Shown: positions 1-9,792 of the stretch, piece by piece
How the letters are laid out: each line of letters opens with the position of its first letter
How positions within the stretch are numbered: the stretch's first letter is position 1
NCBI GenBank assembly: GCA_963840035.1
Contig: CAWIXE010000001.1
Coordinates: forward strand, 736,001-800,000
Direction of reading: 5' to 3'
DNA: 64,000 nt
From: a candidate division FCPU426 bacterium
GTDB taxonomy: Bacteria; Oederibacteriota; PGYV01; Palsa-1178
The notes under the pieces: model-generated
What the model was told of the DNA's origin: nothing
The model's database searches: none
What the model saw: only the letters and a program-made list of their open reading frames with translations
Translations under genes and position numbers: made by a program

Positions 1-807
1 TCAACCCGGACTGCAGTTAATACGGCGACTTATACCGGGACGCCGTCGGCGTCAGCCACTACGTCCGTAACAGGTACAGCCACGCCTACACGTACAAGTT
101 CTCCAGGCTTAAGCCCGACAGGGACATGGACAAGTTCGATACCAACATTGACGGATACCCCGACAATAGCCTGGACAGCCACAAATACGGCAGCTATGAC
201 CGCGACAAATACATTTACACGGACAAGTACCGCCACAAACACAAATACGCCCTCTCTCACAGCCACGCGCACGAGTGTTAATACCGCGACCGGCACGGCA
301 TCTCCTTCAGCCACAAACACGCCGGCAGGCACCATAACCAATACCGCGCTCCCGACATCCACGCTGACCCTTACAAGAACTGTCACGCCAAGCCAGACTC
401 GTACAGCATCACCGGCGGCTACCAGGACAATTACGGCAAGTTTTACGCCCACGCCAAAACCCGACACGCCTACTCCCACACCCACAATAATATTTTCCGA
501 TAAATTTGAAATCAAAGATGTGGTGATAATGCCAAACCCGTATAATCCGGCAAAGAGGAATTTCAGCGCCGCGGCCAATCTGACAAGGCCGGCCTCCAGG
601 CTGACTGTAATCATTTATACGGTTTCATTCAGGCGCGTACTGGAGGAAAGCATCAGCGTAAGCGCGTACGGCCCCTGCGTTTTGAGCTTTGCGGCTAAAA
701 AATTCAAAGGGCTATCCAACGGCACGTATTATGCCGTCATATCAGGCGTGACACCCGGCGGAATGAAGGCCGTGTCAAAACCGGCGGTTATGATAATTTT
801 GAAATAG
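1..807 (+). CDS. Secreted Thr-rich protein, 3' part (5' end outside window), with C-terminal PNP sorting-like domain
   Basis: Frame is open from base 1; Thr/Pro-rich linker, then IMPNPYNP...LSNGTYYAVI...MIILK. Confidence 0.8.
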   Translation, partial: STRTAVNTATYTGTPSASATTSVTGTATPTRTSSPGLSPTGTWTSSIPTLTDTPTIAWTATNTAAMTATNTFTRTSTATNTNTPSLTATRTSVNTATGTASPSATNTPAGTITNTALPTSTLTLTRTVTPSQTRTASPAATRTITASFTPTPKPDTPTPTPTIIFSDKFEIKDVVIMPNPYNPAKRNFSAAANLTRPASRLTVIIYTVSFRRVLEESISVSAYGPCVLSFAAKKFKGLSNGTYYAVISGVTPGGMKAVSKPAVMIILK

Positions 808-981
808 AACCTACCCTTAAGTATTGCAGCCCGCCCGCGGGTTGCCCCACCATTTTTCATTTTTACACGCGATAGGTTATAACCTGGTCATTCAATAGAT
901 AACGCAAATTTGGGGACTATCCCTATTTATGCGCTATGTTTTCGTTCAATCTGAGCGGGCATTATCCCTACTTTTATATCG

Positions 982-1010
982 TTGACCGAATCTTTATCGA
1001 GGCGTATAAT
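982..1010 (+). promoter_or_regulatory. Sigma70-type promoter
   Basis: TTGACC-17 bp-TATAAT; near-duplicate at 5041-5069. Confidence 0.75.
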
Positions 1011-1082
1011 ATTTTCATAAGCGGGGAATTGGTAAACCAGGGAAAAATTAACAAAGATAACAGCCTGGCATAAGGGGGGAAA

Positions 1083-2624
1083 ATGAAAGCAATCCATTTG
1101 TTTCTTGTCATTATCATAATATCCGTTGTATCATGCGCAAAACGGGGGCCTAACTTTCCTGTGGAAAATACCGCGACTCCCACTTTAACTCAGGCATTGA
1201 CAGCCACGCCATCAAATACAGCCACTCCGGTAAATACAGGAACGCCGTCAAATACAGCCACTCCATCAAATACAGCCACGCCGTTAAATACAGCCACGCC
1301 GTTAAATACAGCCAAGCCGTCAAATACAGCCACACCGTCAATTACAGCTACTCTGTCAAATACAAGCACACCGTCAAATACAGCCACACCGTCAAATACA
1401 CATACTGATACTGCCACGCCCGTGGAAACCCCTACAAATACAACAACAGCTTCGGATACCCCGACTTTAACCCTGACCCCGTTTGCGTCAGCCACTCATA
1501 CGCATACAAGTACGCCGACTAAAACCCCCACGCATGGCATCACGCCCGATATTTACGAAGACGACGATGCATATACAAACGCCGGCGTGATAATTTCCGG
1601 AGTCCGGCAGGTGCACAATATTTTTCCTTTTCTCGATGAAGACTGGGTGAAATTCAGCCTGCCATACATGTCAAATGTCACTCTGGAGACTTCCGGCCCG
1701 GGAACGGGCGATACCACAATATATCTTTATACCCCCGCGGGAGCCGCGGCTTCCACGTATTTTATGTTTGATGCCAACAGCGGTGAAGGCGCTTTTTCAA
1801 AAATTACAGCGAATAATCTTGCGTCCGGCGATTATTACATGCGGGTACACAGCCCCATACTATTGCAGGTTATACCCGAATACTACATAGACCTGACCAT
1901 AGTACCGATAGAAACGCCGACGGATACTCCTTCTCCGAGTGTTACTCCGACAATAACAACTACAGTCACGGCGACACTTTCGCGTACGGCAACAGCGACA
2001 TCAACCGTAACCGCGACCGCAGGAACTCCGGGGATCACGCCGGTCGAAGTATATTTTCAGTATGGAGTTAATCCGTCTACCGCTTATGCGGGGTCAAAGG
2101 ACGTATCGTACGACAGCCTGATGCCTGATGACAATTACAGCGCGTCAGCCTTCGGGTATATCGGCGCTTATAACGCGGGCCCGAGGATTTTCCGGACAAT
2201 CCTGTATTTTGACGTCTCCGAGATACCGGCTAACGCGGTAATCTACGCGGCAACACTTAGGGTGTATACGGGAGGGATCACAGGCACGGTTTATCTTGAT
2301 GCCTATGCGCTGACCCGCGACTGGAGCGAAACCGCGGCAACCTGGAACTCGCACGATACGGGTTCCGCGTGGACCGCGTCCGGCGGAGATTTCGGGCAGT
2401 CAGCAGCCTCTAACGTAGCCGTCTCAGCTATAGACTGGGTCAATATACCGCTCTCGACGGAAGTGGTAAGGCAGTGGGTGGCGGATTCAGCCGTTAATTA
2501 CGGGCTGCTTCTGAAGGATAAATTTGAAAACCCGTCAGCGTCGAATTTTTGCATAATAGACACAAAAGAATCCACGAATACGAATACCAGGCCGAGGCTG
2601 TATGTAAGTTATATGCTGCCGTGA
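1083..2624 (+). CDS. Lipoprotein: TATPSN repeats, PPC-like domain, C-terminal DNRLRE/CBM96-like domain
   Basis: Lipobox [45 protein letters not shown]. Confidence 0.75.
   Translation: MKAIHLFLVIIIISVVSCAKRGPNFPVENTATPTLTQALTATPSNTATPVNTGTPSNTATPSNTATPLNTATPLNTAKPSNTATPSITATLSNTSTPSNTATPSNTHTDTATPVETPTNTTTASDTPTLTLTPFASATHTHTSTPTKTPTHGITPDIYEDDDAYTNAGVIISGVRQVHNIFPFLDEDWVKFSLPYMSNVTLETSGPGTGDTTIYLYTPAGAAASTYFMFDANSGEGAFSKITANNLASGDYYMRVHSPILLQVIPEYYIDLTIVPIETPTDTPSPSVTPTITTTVTATLSRTATATSTVTATAGTPGITPVEVYFQYGVNPSTAYAGSKDVSYDSLMPDDNYSASAFGYIGAYNAGPRIFRTILYFDVSEIPANAVIYAATLRVYTGGITGTVYLDAYALTRDWSETAATWNSHDTGSAWTASGGDFGQSAASNVAVSAIDWVNIPLSTEVVRQWVADSAVNYGLLLKDKFENPSASNFCIIDTKESTNTNTRPRLYVSYMLP
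1200..1400 (+). repeat. Intragenic 18-bp tandem repeat encoding TATPSN
   Basis: About 10 degenerate copies of AAATACAGCCACGCCGTC. Confidence 0.9.
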
Positions 2625-2884
2625 GATAAAGGATGACGCGGTAAAAGTTAAGGCATCAAACGCCGAACAGCGCGTAATTTTAATAAAACATCATACATAT
2701 CGCAAATTTGGTTTCTGTCCCGATTTTTGCGGTTATTGCCTATATTAACCCCGTCCTGTTCCTGTAATTTTCAAAATAGTTTTACTGAACTATGTATTAC
2801 CATGTTTATTAAAGAATTCTAACCTGTATGAACAGCCTAAAAATGCAACCATATACATGATAAATCCGGCGGTTAAATTTATTC

Positions 2885-2934
2885 TTGACAATAAGCGCAA
2901 AATAGCATATCATTAGAAATATGTCTAATGATAT
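2885..2934 (+). promoter_or_regulatory. Promoter with overlapping inverted-repeat operator
   Basis: TTGACA-17-TATCAT; perfect IR ATATCATTAGA-N6-TCTAATGATAT over the -10 and the ATG. Confidence 0.75.
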
Positions 2935-3505
2935 TAAACCTTTGAGAACCTACAGGCTGAAAAATGAAATACAAATAAAAAGCTATGTCCACCCGGCACG
3001 GCTGAATATACTTAAAATGCTGGCGCGGGAGAAACGCACCATAACCGGTGTTGCGGAGGAAATCGGTGTGCATCCGGCCAATATCACCCACCACTTTAAG
3101 AACCTTGAAAAATCAGGCCTTATAAAAATTGTGGAAAAAAGGGACATCGGGCGTAATATTGAAAAGTATTACAGGGCCATAGCGTATAGTTTCAGCGTGC
3201 GTATAAGCAAGGAAATGAAGATAAACAAGGAAGCGCTTGCCCTGTCCATACTAAGGGACGATATGTCGGCCGCGGTTGAAACGCTAAAAAACAGCAGCCC
3301 GGAGGCTGACACTGTGAGGGCTTACATTACTTCGGCAAGGATAGACAGAAAACAGTTTGAGGTTTTCAGCAAAAAACTGGAAAAACTGTTGAAAGATTTC
3401 AGGGCATCCGGCCATGCCCGTGGGGCGGCCACAACCATCAACCTTAGCATATACCCAAATGACACTGATTCCATACCGGAAGATGAGGAGGTAATAATCA
3501 GATGA
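2921..3505 (+). CDS. ArsR-type winged HTH transcriptional regulator
   Basis: HPARLNILKML...TITGVAEEIG...ITHHFKNLEKSGLI...EKYYRA. Confidence 0.85.
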   Translation: MSNDIKPLRTYRLKNEIQIKSYVHPARLNILKMLAREKRTITGVAEEIGVHPANITHHFKNLEKSGLIKIVEKRDIGRNIEKYYRAIAYSFSVRISKEMKINKEALALSILRDDMSAAVETLKNSSPEADTVRAYITSARIDRKQFEVFSKKLEKLLKDFRASGHARGAATTINLSIYPNDTDSIPEDEEVIIR

Positions 3506-4854
3506 AACATGATATCAGGGGAGCTTTTTTTGTGATGTTTATTGCGGCATTTTTAATGGCTGTTGGCTGCACACCAAAAGGAGGTGGTTCTGTGGAGAAG
3601 CAACTGCTTGAACAGATTCAGAAAGCCGGAAATGAATACAAAGCAGGTGATTTTAGCGAGGCAAAACTGTCATATTTAAAAGCGCTGGAGCAGTCAAAAA
3701 ATGACAGCCAGTCCCTGTATGGGCTCGGGAACATAGCGCTTTTTGAAAATCGCGCTGAAGAAGCGGTTGATTATTATAACAAACTGATAGAGGCAGCGCC
3801 CTGGTACGCGAAAATCTGGCCATTGAATGTGGAACCTTACTACAGGCTCGGGCAGGCGTATTACCGTAAAGATGATTTTGCAAATGCGGCCAAAGCTTTT
3901 AATAAAGCGGCAGGCCCCATGCAGGCAGGGCCTTTTGAAGCGTTAAAAGGGTTAAAAGAAATAGAAAAACAGCTGGCACTTTTTAACGGCATAAAACCCT
4001 ATGAGATTGAAGGGCAACAGAAAACAAGCATAAAATTTGTGGTAACTGACCCGCTTCCGGTTGTCATGGTATCCATAAACGGGGCTAAACCGGAAGAGTT
4101 TTTCCTGGATACCGGAGCTGCAGAGATTGTGCTGGATAAAAAATATGCCGCTGAAATAGGGGCGAAAATCACCGGCTCTATGTCAAGCCAGTATGCGGGC
4201 AATAAGAAAAGTGATACAGGGCTTGGAATGATTAACACGATGGTTATAGGCGGAATAACCGTAAAAAATCTTCCGGTTCACACCCTTGACATGACAGATA
4301 TACCGTCCGTATTAAATGGCAGGCCTGTAAAAGGCGCTATTGGCACGCGCTTTCTTATGCATTTTTTGTCTACGATTGATTATAAAAACGGCGCCCTGAT
4401 ACTGGACAGCAGGGTTCCGGGGAAAAAAGCTGAAGAAAGCAGGGGTATACCTTTTTGGCTGGTTGACATGCATTTTATCCTTGCCAGGGGCACGGTTAAC
4501 GGGTTTGGCCCGTTTTTGCTTTTTGTTGACACCGGCCTTGCGGGCGCGGGATTTACGGCAAATGAAAATCTGCTTGAAAAATACGGCATGAAACCTGACT
4601 GGAGCAAAGCCAAATACGGCGCTGGCGGCGCAGGGAAAGTAAAAGGAACTGAGCTTGTAGTTGATAAACTGACGCTCGGGACAGGGGCTATGGAAATCGT
4701 GGAAACAAAAGTTGCCGGAGGCGCGATAGAGGGCGGGACGCCGGTGGTCGGGGACCAGCTTGGATTCCATGTAGGCGGGCTTATATCGCATCAATTTTTC
4801 AGAAAACATGCACTCACTTTGAATTTTAGTGATATGAAAATGCTGGTTGAATAG
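3502..4854 (+). CDS. Lipoprotein with TPR region and two retropepsin-like aspartyl protease domains
   Basis: Lipobox AVGC; TPR helices; FFLDTGA and LFVDTGL motifs; ATGA overlap with the regulator. Confidence 0.8.
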   Translation: MKHDIRGAFFVMFIAAFLMAVGCTPKGGGSVEKQLLEQIQKAGNEYKAGDFSEAKLSYLKALEQSKNDSQSLYGLGNIALFENRAEEAVDYYNKLIEAAPWYAKIWPLNVEPYYRLGQAYYRKDDFANAAKAFNKAAGPMQAGPFEALKGLKEIEKQLALFNGIKPYEIEGQQKTSIKFVVTDPLPVVMVSINGAKPEEFFLDTGAAEIVLDKKYAAEIGAKITGSMSSQYAGNKKSDTGLGMINTMVIGGITVKNLPVHTLDMTDIPSVLNGRPVKGAIGTRFLMHFLSTIDYKNGALILDSRVPGKKAEESRGIPFWLVDMHFILARGTVNGFGPFLLFVDTGLAGAGFTANENLLEKYGMKPDWSKAKYGAGGAGKVKGTELVVDKLTLGTGAMEIVETKVAGGAIEGGTPVVGDQLGFHVGGLISHQFFRKHALTLNFSDMKMLVE

Positions 4855-4895
4855 CAAGGCGGAAAAGATGCCAGAGCCGGAAGACGTTCTTGTAA

Positions 4896-4928
4896 TGGCA
4901 GCCGCAACCTTCAGGTCTGCGGCTGCCA
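4896..4928. repeat. REP-like hairpin, possible terminator
   Basis: TGGCAGCCGCA...TGCGGCTGCCA stem. Confidence 0.6.
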
Positions 4929-5040
4929 GCCTTTCCACAAACCAAAACAGCGCCTCACGGGGACAGATTGTAAACATGACATTTTAACAGCACACCATAA
5001 TTCTTAATTATAAATTGTTAATTGCATTTGCTCTATTTTC

Positions 5041-5069
5041 TTGACTGTATGTCTATTGAGGCGTATAAT
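5041..5069 (+). promoter_or_regulatory. Sigma70-type promoter
   Basis: TTGACT-17 bp-TATAAT. Confidence 0.75.
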
Positions 5070-5219
5070 CATTTCATAAGCGGGAATTGGGACTAGCGGC
5101 TAAGCCGGGGAAAAATCAACAAATGAAAAAATTGCCCGCCATAGGTGTTTCCAAAAATAAGTATTTGTAATAAGGATAAATAGGAGCGAATAGGCATTAA
5201 ATACAGCAGAAACCCATTC

Positions 5220-5244
5220 GTAGAGCCGCCTTTTGCTGCGGCTC
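5220..5244 (+). repeat. GTAG-type REP
   Basis: GTAGAGCCGC-loop-GCGGCTC; near-identical copies at 43884 and 43984. Confidence 0.8.
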
Positions 5245-5333
5245 AGGGCTGGACTTTTAAGTTCTAGGATCCGAGAATCGAGAATCGAAAATTGATCAGC
5301 AAGCTTGGATAACTATTATATATAAGGAGGAAC

Positions 5334-6023
5334 ATGAAAAAAGCGGCGATATTTCTGGTTTTTGTTTTATCTCTTATCATGTCTTTCGGATGCGCGAAAA
5401 ACAGCCCAACCACCACGCCGGAGCCTGTTCCTACGGCCACGGCTGTCGGTGTATATGTGCAGGCTGTTGTGATAAACCGGCCTGACACGACAAACAAGAC
5501 TGTGCCCTACGTGATGCTCAAGCACGGCAACGAGGGAGGAACGGTCATAAACGACGCGACAGTGACATTTAACAGCGCGGCGCTGTCCTTTGACAGCGTC
5601 TCAAACTCCTACACAGCGTCAGTCACCTTCGCCGCCGCAGGCACCACAGCCAGCCTCGCGGTTAACTCAGCCTCAGGCAACCTCACAGGCTCGGTAGTGC
5701 TCCCGCCCTACATAACAGTAACATCCCCGGCGCAGGGCATAACAGTCTCACACACAACCACAACCATCCCCCTTGTAGTCTCCACAGCCACAGACCCGGG
5801 ATGGTTCACAATAATCTCAAACCACATGCCCACATACCTGGCCATGTTAGCGGGAGGAATGGGAGACGTAAGAACCTTCAACATCTCCCCGTCGCTTGCT
5901 GGGATAGGGGATGACATAGTAATAGTAAGGGCATCATTCACCGGAACCCTGACAGGAGCAACAACAGATTCGGACTTCTGGGCGGAGGACCAGGGCGGAC
6001 AACTGGTGATGCGGGTGGAGTAG
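5334..6023 (+). CDS. Hypothetical lipoprotein
   Basis: AGGAGG RBS; lipobox SFGC; beta-rich mature part. Confidence 0.8.
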   Translation: MKKAAIFLVFVLSLIMSFGCAKNSPTTTPEPVPTATAVGVYVQAVVINRPDTTNKTVPYVMLKHGNEGGTVINDATVTFNSAALSFDSVSNSYTASVTFAAAGTTASLAVNSASGNLTGSVVLPPYITVTSPAQGITVSHTTTTIPLVVSTATDPGWFTIISNHMPTYLAMLAGGMGDVRTFNISPSLAGIGDDIVIVRASFTGTLTGATTDSDFWAEDQGGQLVMRVE

Positions 6024-6051
6024 GAAATAGAATCATGAATCAGGACCTGAC

Positions 6052-7262
6052 TAAAAAGTGTAAGATGAAATGCACCATCTGAGTAAATAAAAAGTCCCAC
6101 CAAGCACTTGTGTTATTATGTTGTTTGCGAAGACACCATAAAAAACACGAGGTGAATGATGGGACAAGTCAAGATTACCACAAGGGACAGGAAAAACAAG
6201 TATTTAAGTTTAAAAGAACGGTACCAGATTGAGGCTCTGCGCGATAAGAAGTGTACTGGGCGTGAGATAGCCGAACAACTTGGAAGAGACCCAAGCACGA
6301 TAAATCGTGAGATAAAAAGAGGTTCTGTAATACAGACGGATTGGGAACTCAAAGAGAGATTGGTATATAGGGCCGATCATGGACAGCTGGACTATGATGA
6401 AAAACAAAAGAACAAAGGACGCCCGTTAAAGATCGGGTTTGACCACGAACTAAGCAGGCATATAGAACGGAAGATAACGCAGGATAAGTATTCGCCGGCA
6501 GCAGTAATAGGCGAAATAATGCGAACCAAGCTGGGGTTTAAGACATATCTGTGCATAAAGACAGTTTACAATTATATACATTCCGGTGTGTTTGCAGGTG
6601 TTGGAGAAGCAGAACTGGTATATGGAGGAAGGCGTAAAAAGAAGTATCGGAAGGTCGGAAAAGTAAATAGAAGCAGGCTTTTCAAGAGCATAGAAGAAAG
6701 ACCAAAGGCGGCAAACGAAAGAACGGAGTATGGTCACTGGGAGATAGATGTTGTTAAGGGTATTAAATGGACAAGAGCATGTCTTCTGACAATCAGCGAA
6801 CGTATGACAAGACAGGAAATAATAATTAAGATGAACTGTTGCAAGGTCGAAGAAGTGGACAAGGCGTTGACTGGACTCGAAAGGACTTATGGCGGTTTGT
6901 TTGCCAGGATATTCAAGACGATAACCGCAGACAACGGTTCGGAGTTTCTCGATTGGAGAACCCTTGAAGAGAGTAAATTAAAGCCAGGGACAAAAAGGAC
7001 CATGCTATATTACGCGCATCCTTTCAGTTCTTTTGAAAGAGGAACCAACGAGAATACAAACCGCATAATAAGGCGGTTCGTACCTAAAGGGACGGATATA
7101 GGGGAAGTGTCTGTAGAAACGGTAAAAAAGGCCCAAAATTGGATAAACAACTATCCCAGAGGGATATTTGGATACAAAACAGCCAACGACATGATAATTC
7201 AAAATGCTACAAGAAAAATGTGTGGGATTCAGGGAGTGGTGCATTAAAACTTGCAACTTACC
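6052..7262 (+). mobile_element. IS30-family insertion sequence, 1211 bp, flanked by a 15-bp direct repeat
   Basis: Imperfect 26-bp terminal IRs ending AATGCACCA; GAATCAGGACCTGAC at 6037-6051 and 7263-7277. Confidence 0.9.
6156..7247 (+). CDS. IS30-family DDE transposase
   Basis: N-terminal HTH (STINREIKR), GHWEID, TITADNGSEF, ERGTNENTN, INNYPR. Confidence 0.95.
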   Translation: MMGQVKITTRDRKNKYLSLKERYQIEALRDKKCTGREIAEQLGRDPSTINREIKRGSVIQTDWELKERLVYRADHGQLDYDEKQKNKGRPLKIGFDHELSRHIERKITQDKYSPAAVIGEIMRTKLGFKTYLCIKTVYNYIHSGVFAGVGEAELVYGGRRKKKYRKVGKVNRSRLFKSIEERPKAANERTEYGHWEIDVVKGIKWTRACLLTISERMTRQEIIIKMNCCKVEEVDKALTGLERTYGGLFARIFKTITADNGSEFLDWRTLEESKLKPGTKRTMLYYAHPFSSFERGTNENTNRIIRRFVPKGTDIGEVSVETVKKAQNWINNYPRGIFGYKTANDMIIQNATRKMCGIQGVVH

Positions 7263-7541
7263 GAATCAGGACCTGACACCTTTTTCCCTGGCATGGATGT
7301 CCCTATCATGGTACGATACCGGATGCAAACAGGGCTTTTTGGATAAAAAAAATAGAAAAGAATAAAAAGCGAGACAAAAGTGTTAAGTTATTTTTGCGAA
7401 AAAAGGGTTGGAGTGTAGTCAGAATTTGGCAGCATCAACTAAAAACAATAAAATCTGAAAGGCATTTGAAAAATATACTCTATAAATACTCGACGCCATC
7501 GCATCTTTAGTAATTCCTTTTCAATTTAAATAAAGATTTAC

Positions 7542-7573
7542 TTGACTGATAAGTATACAATGTGTATACTTAT
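7542..7573 (+). promoter_or_regulatory. Promoter with inverted-repeat operator upstream of the methyltransferase
   Basis: TTGACT-17-TATACT overlapped by ATAAGTATACA-N3-TGTATACTTAT. Confidence 0.7.
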
Positions 7574-7678
7574 TGCATAAAGGAAGTTCTTGAATAATGA
7601 AGTGTAGATAATTGTATAAAAACCTTGAGAAAAACGGCGAATTAACGTAAAATAATATCACAAAAGATAGGTATCTAA

Positions 7679-8827
7679 ATGAATAAACCGGGAGAATCAC
7701 AGGTCATGTCAAAGAAATTTGTTGATTTAAAGCCTGGCTTTTTGGATTTTTTTGCGGGTAGTGGCCTTGTTTCCGAAGGTTTAAAGCATTATTTTGATAC
7801 AATTTGGGCAAATGACAATTGTATAAGAAAACGCAACATATATTGCGCCAATCATAATAGTGATGTTTTCCACTTAAAATCAATTGAAGAAGTCAAAGGT
7901 AAAGAACTCCCTCCGGCAATGTTATCTTGGGGTAGTTTTCCGTGTCAGGATTTGTCCCTGGCCGGCAAAATGGCCGGGATTTTTAGTACTAGGAGCGGTT
8001 TAGTTTGGCACTGGTTGAGGATTATGGACGAAATGAAACAGAGACCGCCGATTGCTGTGGCGGAAAACGTAGTTGGATTAATATCGTCGGCAAACGGGCA
8101 GCATTATAAACGTCTTCACGCCGCATTGGTTGAGCGGGGTTATAAGGTGGGCGCTGTTATTGTAGACGCATCCTATTGGGTTCCGCAGTCTCGCAAACGC
8201 GTATTTGTAATTGCGGTTGATAAGAATTTACCAACTAAACAATTTGAATCAGATGTTCCAATATGGTGCCATCCAAAGCCAATTGTTAAAATTGCAGAGA
8301 AACTGGATAATTGGGTTTGGTGGAATATGCCCGTTCCTCCGGCAAGAAAACAAAACCTTGAACATATTGTAAATTTTCAAGCCCCGGTCCATGGCAAAGA
8401 GAAAAATGAAAAATTATTAAAACTTATATCTCCCAAACATAATTTTATGTTGAAAAATGCCGTTGAAAACGGGCAAATGGTTTTTCCCGGATACAAGCGA
8501 ACACGCAATAACCGGCAGGTTTTGGAATTGAGATTTGATGGAATTGCGGGCTGCTTGAGAACGCCGGGCGGCGGAAGCAGCAGGCAATGGCTTGTGATAA
8601 AGGATAAGGATTTGTTTAAGACGCGTTTATTTACCACGGATGAACTTGCATCGCTTATGGGAGCGCCTAAAGGATATAAACTGACGGGATCATACAATGA
8701 GGGTTATAAAGCAATGGGTGATGCGGTAGCGGTTCCAGTTGCTCAGTACCTCGCAAAACAACTGCTTTTGCCGCTGGCCAAACTGGTTGATCGGGGAGAC
8801 GTAAATGAAAATAGAAAAATCTCTTAA
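7679..8827 (+). CDS. dcm: DNA (cytosine-5) methyltransferase
   Basis: Motifs FFAGSG (I), FPCQDLS (IV), ENV (VI), PQSRKRVF (VIII), MGDAVAVP (X). Confidence 0.95.
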   Translation: MNKPGESQVMSKKFVDLKPGFLDFFAGSGLVSEGLKHYFDTIWANDNCIRKRNIYCANHNSDVFHLKSIEEVKGKELPPAMLSWGSFPCQDLSLAGKMAGIFSTRSGLVWHWLRIMDEMKQRPPIAVAENVVGLISSANGQHYKRLHAALVERGYKVGAVIVDASYWVPQSRKRVFVIAVDKNLPTKQFESDVPIWCHPKPIVKIAEKLDNWVWWNMPVPPARKQNLEHIVNFQAPVHGKEKNEKLLKLISPKHNFMLKNAVENGQMVFPGYKRTRNNRQVLELRFDGIAGCLRTPGGGSSRQWLVIKDKDLFKTRLFTTDELASLMGAPKGYKLTGSYNEGYKAMGDAVAVPVAQYLAKQLLLPLAKLVDRGDVNENRKIS

Positions 8828-9731
8828 CAAGTTTTTTAAAGATAATAGCATGAACAGCAAGGGATCGTTAAGCGTGCTGCTTGTTGTAACAAGATATGCA
8901 AAAGAAAAGGGACTTCCAATTAAGACAAAAGATCTCCTTACGGAAGGAGGAGGACAAGTAGTCGGATTGGGCAAAGCGGCGGTTCAGTCCATCTTAAAGG
9001 ATTATGGGATTGATAGGGTCTTGGCTGAAGAAGGCGGACGAACAAGTCGTGGAAGTGTGGGAAATATGAAAAAATATGTTGAATTTTTAAACGACCTTAA
9101 GTTAAAAGAAAAGTTCGAATTGGATTTGATTGAAAGATGGTGTATTGGAAAAGTTAAGGCTTTTCTGTCCGGCAAACCTCTAATATTGAGATTTGATAAT
9201 TCAAAGTCGTTGAGGTCTATAGTTCATGACCTTTTATTGCAGGCTAAAAAAAGACAGGAACAATCTTCCGGCACGGCCTACCTTGGCGCAATTCTGCAGC
9301 ATTTGGTCGGCGCAAAACTTCAGATTCTATTGAAGCGTAAAATGAAGAATCATGGTTCTTTTGTCTCCGATGAATCAACGGAGCGTAATGCAGATTTTTC
9401 GATTGAAGATGTCACAATTCATGTTACGACGTCTCCAAGCGAGGCGCTTGTTAGAAAATGCAAAGAAAATATAGATAAGAACTTTAAGCCGATAATAATT
9501 ACTATCAATAAAGGCGTTGATATCGCCGAGGGATTGTGTGAACAGTCAAACATTAAAGATAGAGTTGATGTTTTTGAAGCTGAGCAATTCATAGCCGGAA
9601 ATTTATATGAATTGGGTAAATTTGCTTTGGAAGGCAGACATTTGACGGCAAATCAATTAATAGAATCATATAATGAAATAATAGATGAATGCGAAACGGA
9701 CCCTGGCTTACGGATTGAGATATCGCAATAA
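8805..9731 (+). CDS. DUF4928-like protein, putative restriction endonuclease partner
   Basis: GGQVVGLGKAAVQSIL...RVLAEEGGRTSRGS, QHLVGAKL, ADF...IHVT; recognised from memory; overlaps dcm. Confidence 0.7.
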   Translation: MKIEKSLNKFFKDNSMNSKGSLSVLLVVTRYAKEKGLPIKTKDLLTEGGGQVVGLGKAAVQSILKDYGIDRVLAEEGGRTSRGSVGNMKKYVEFLNDLKLKEKFELDLIERWCIGKVKAFLSGKPLILRFDNSKSLRSIVHDLLLQAKKRQEQSSGTAYLGAILQHLVGAKLQILLKRKMKNHGSFVSDESTERNADFSIEDVTIHVTTSPSEALVRKCKENIDKNFKPIIITINKGVDIAEGLCEQSNIKDRVDVFEAEQFIAGNLYELGKFALEGRHLTANQLIESYNEIIDECETDPGLRIEISQ

Positions 9732-9792
9732 CTTATTTTGTTGGGGAAAACAAATTAATGCGTCAACTGCGGAATAAGGAAAAGGAGACGCA

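Noticed and set aside
30..1495. Val-rich antisense ORFs (30-614, 1190-1495)
   Set aside because: Shadows of Thr-rich repeats on the + strand
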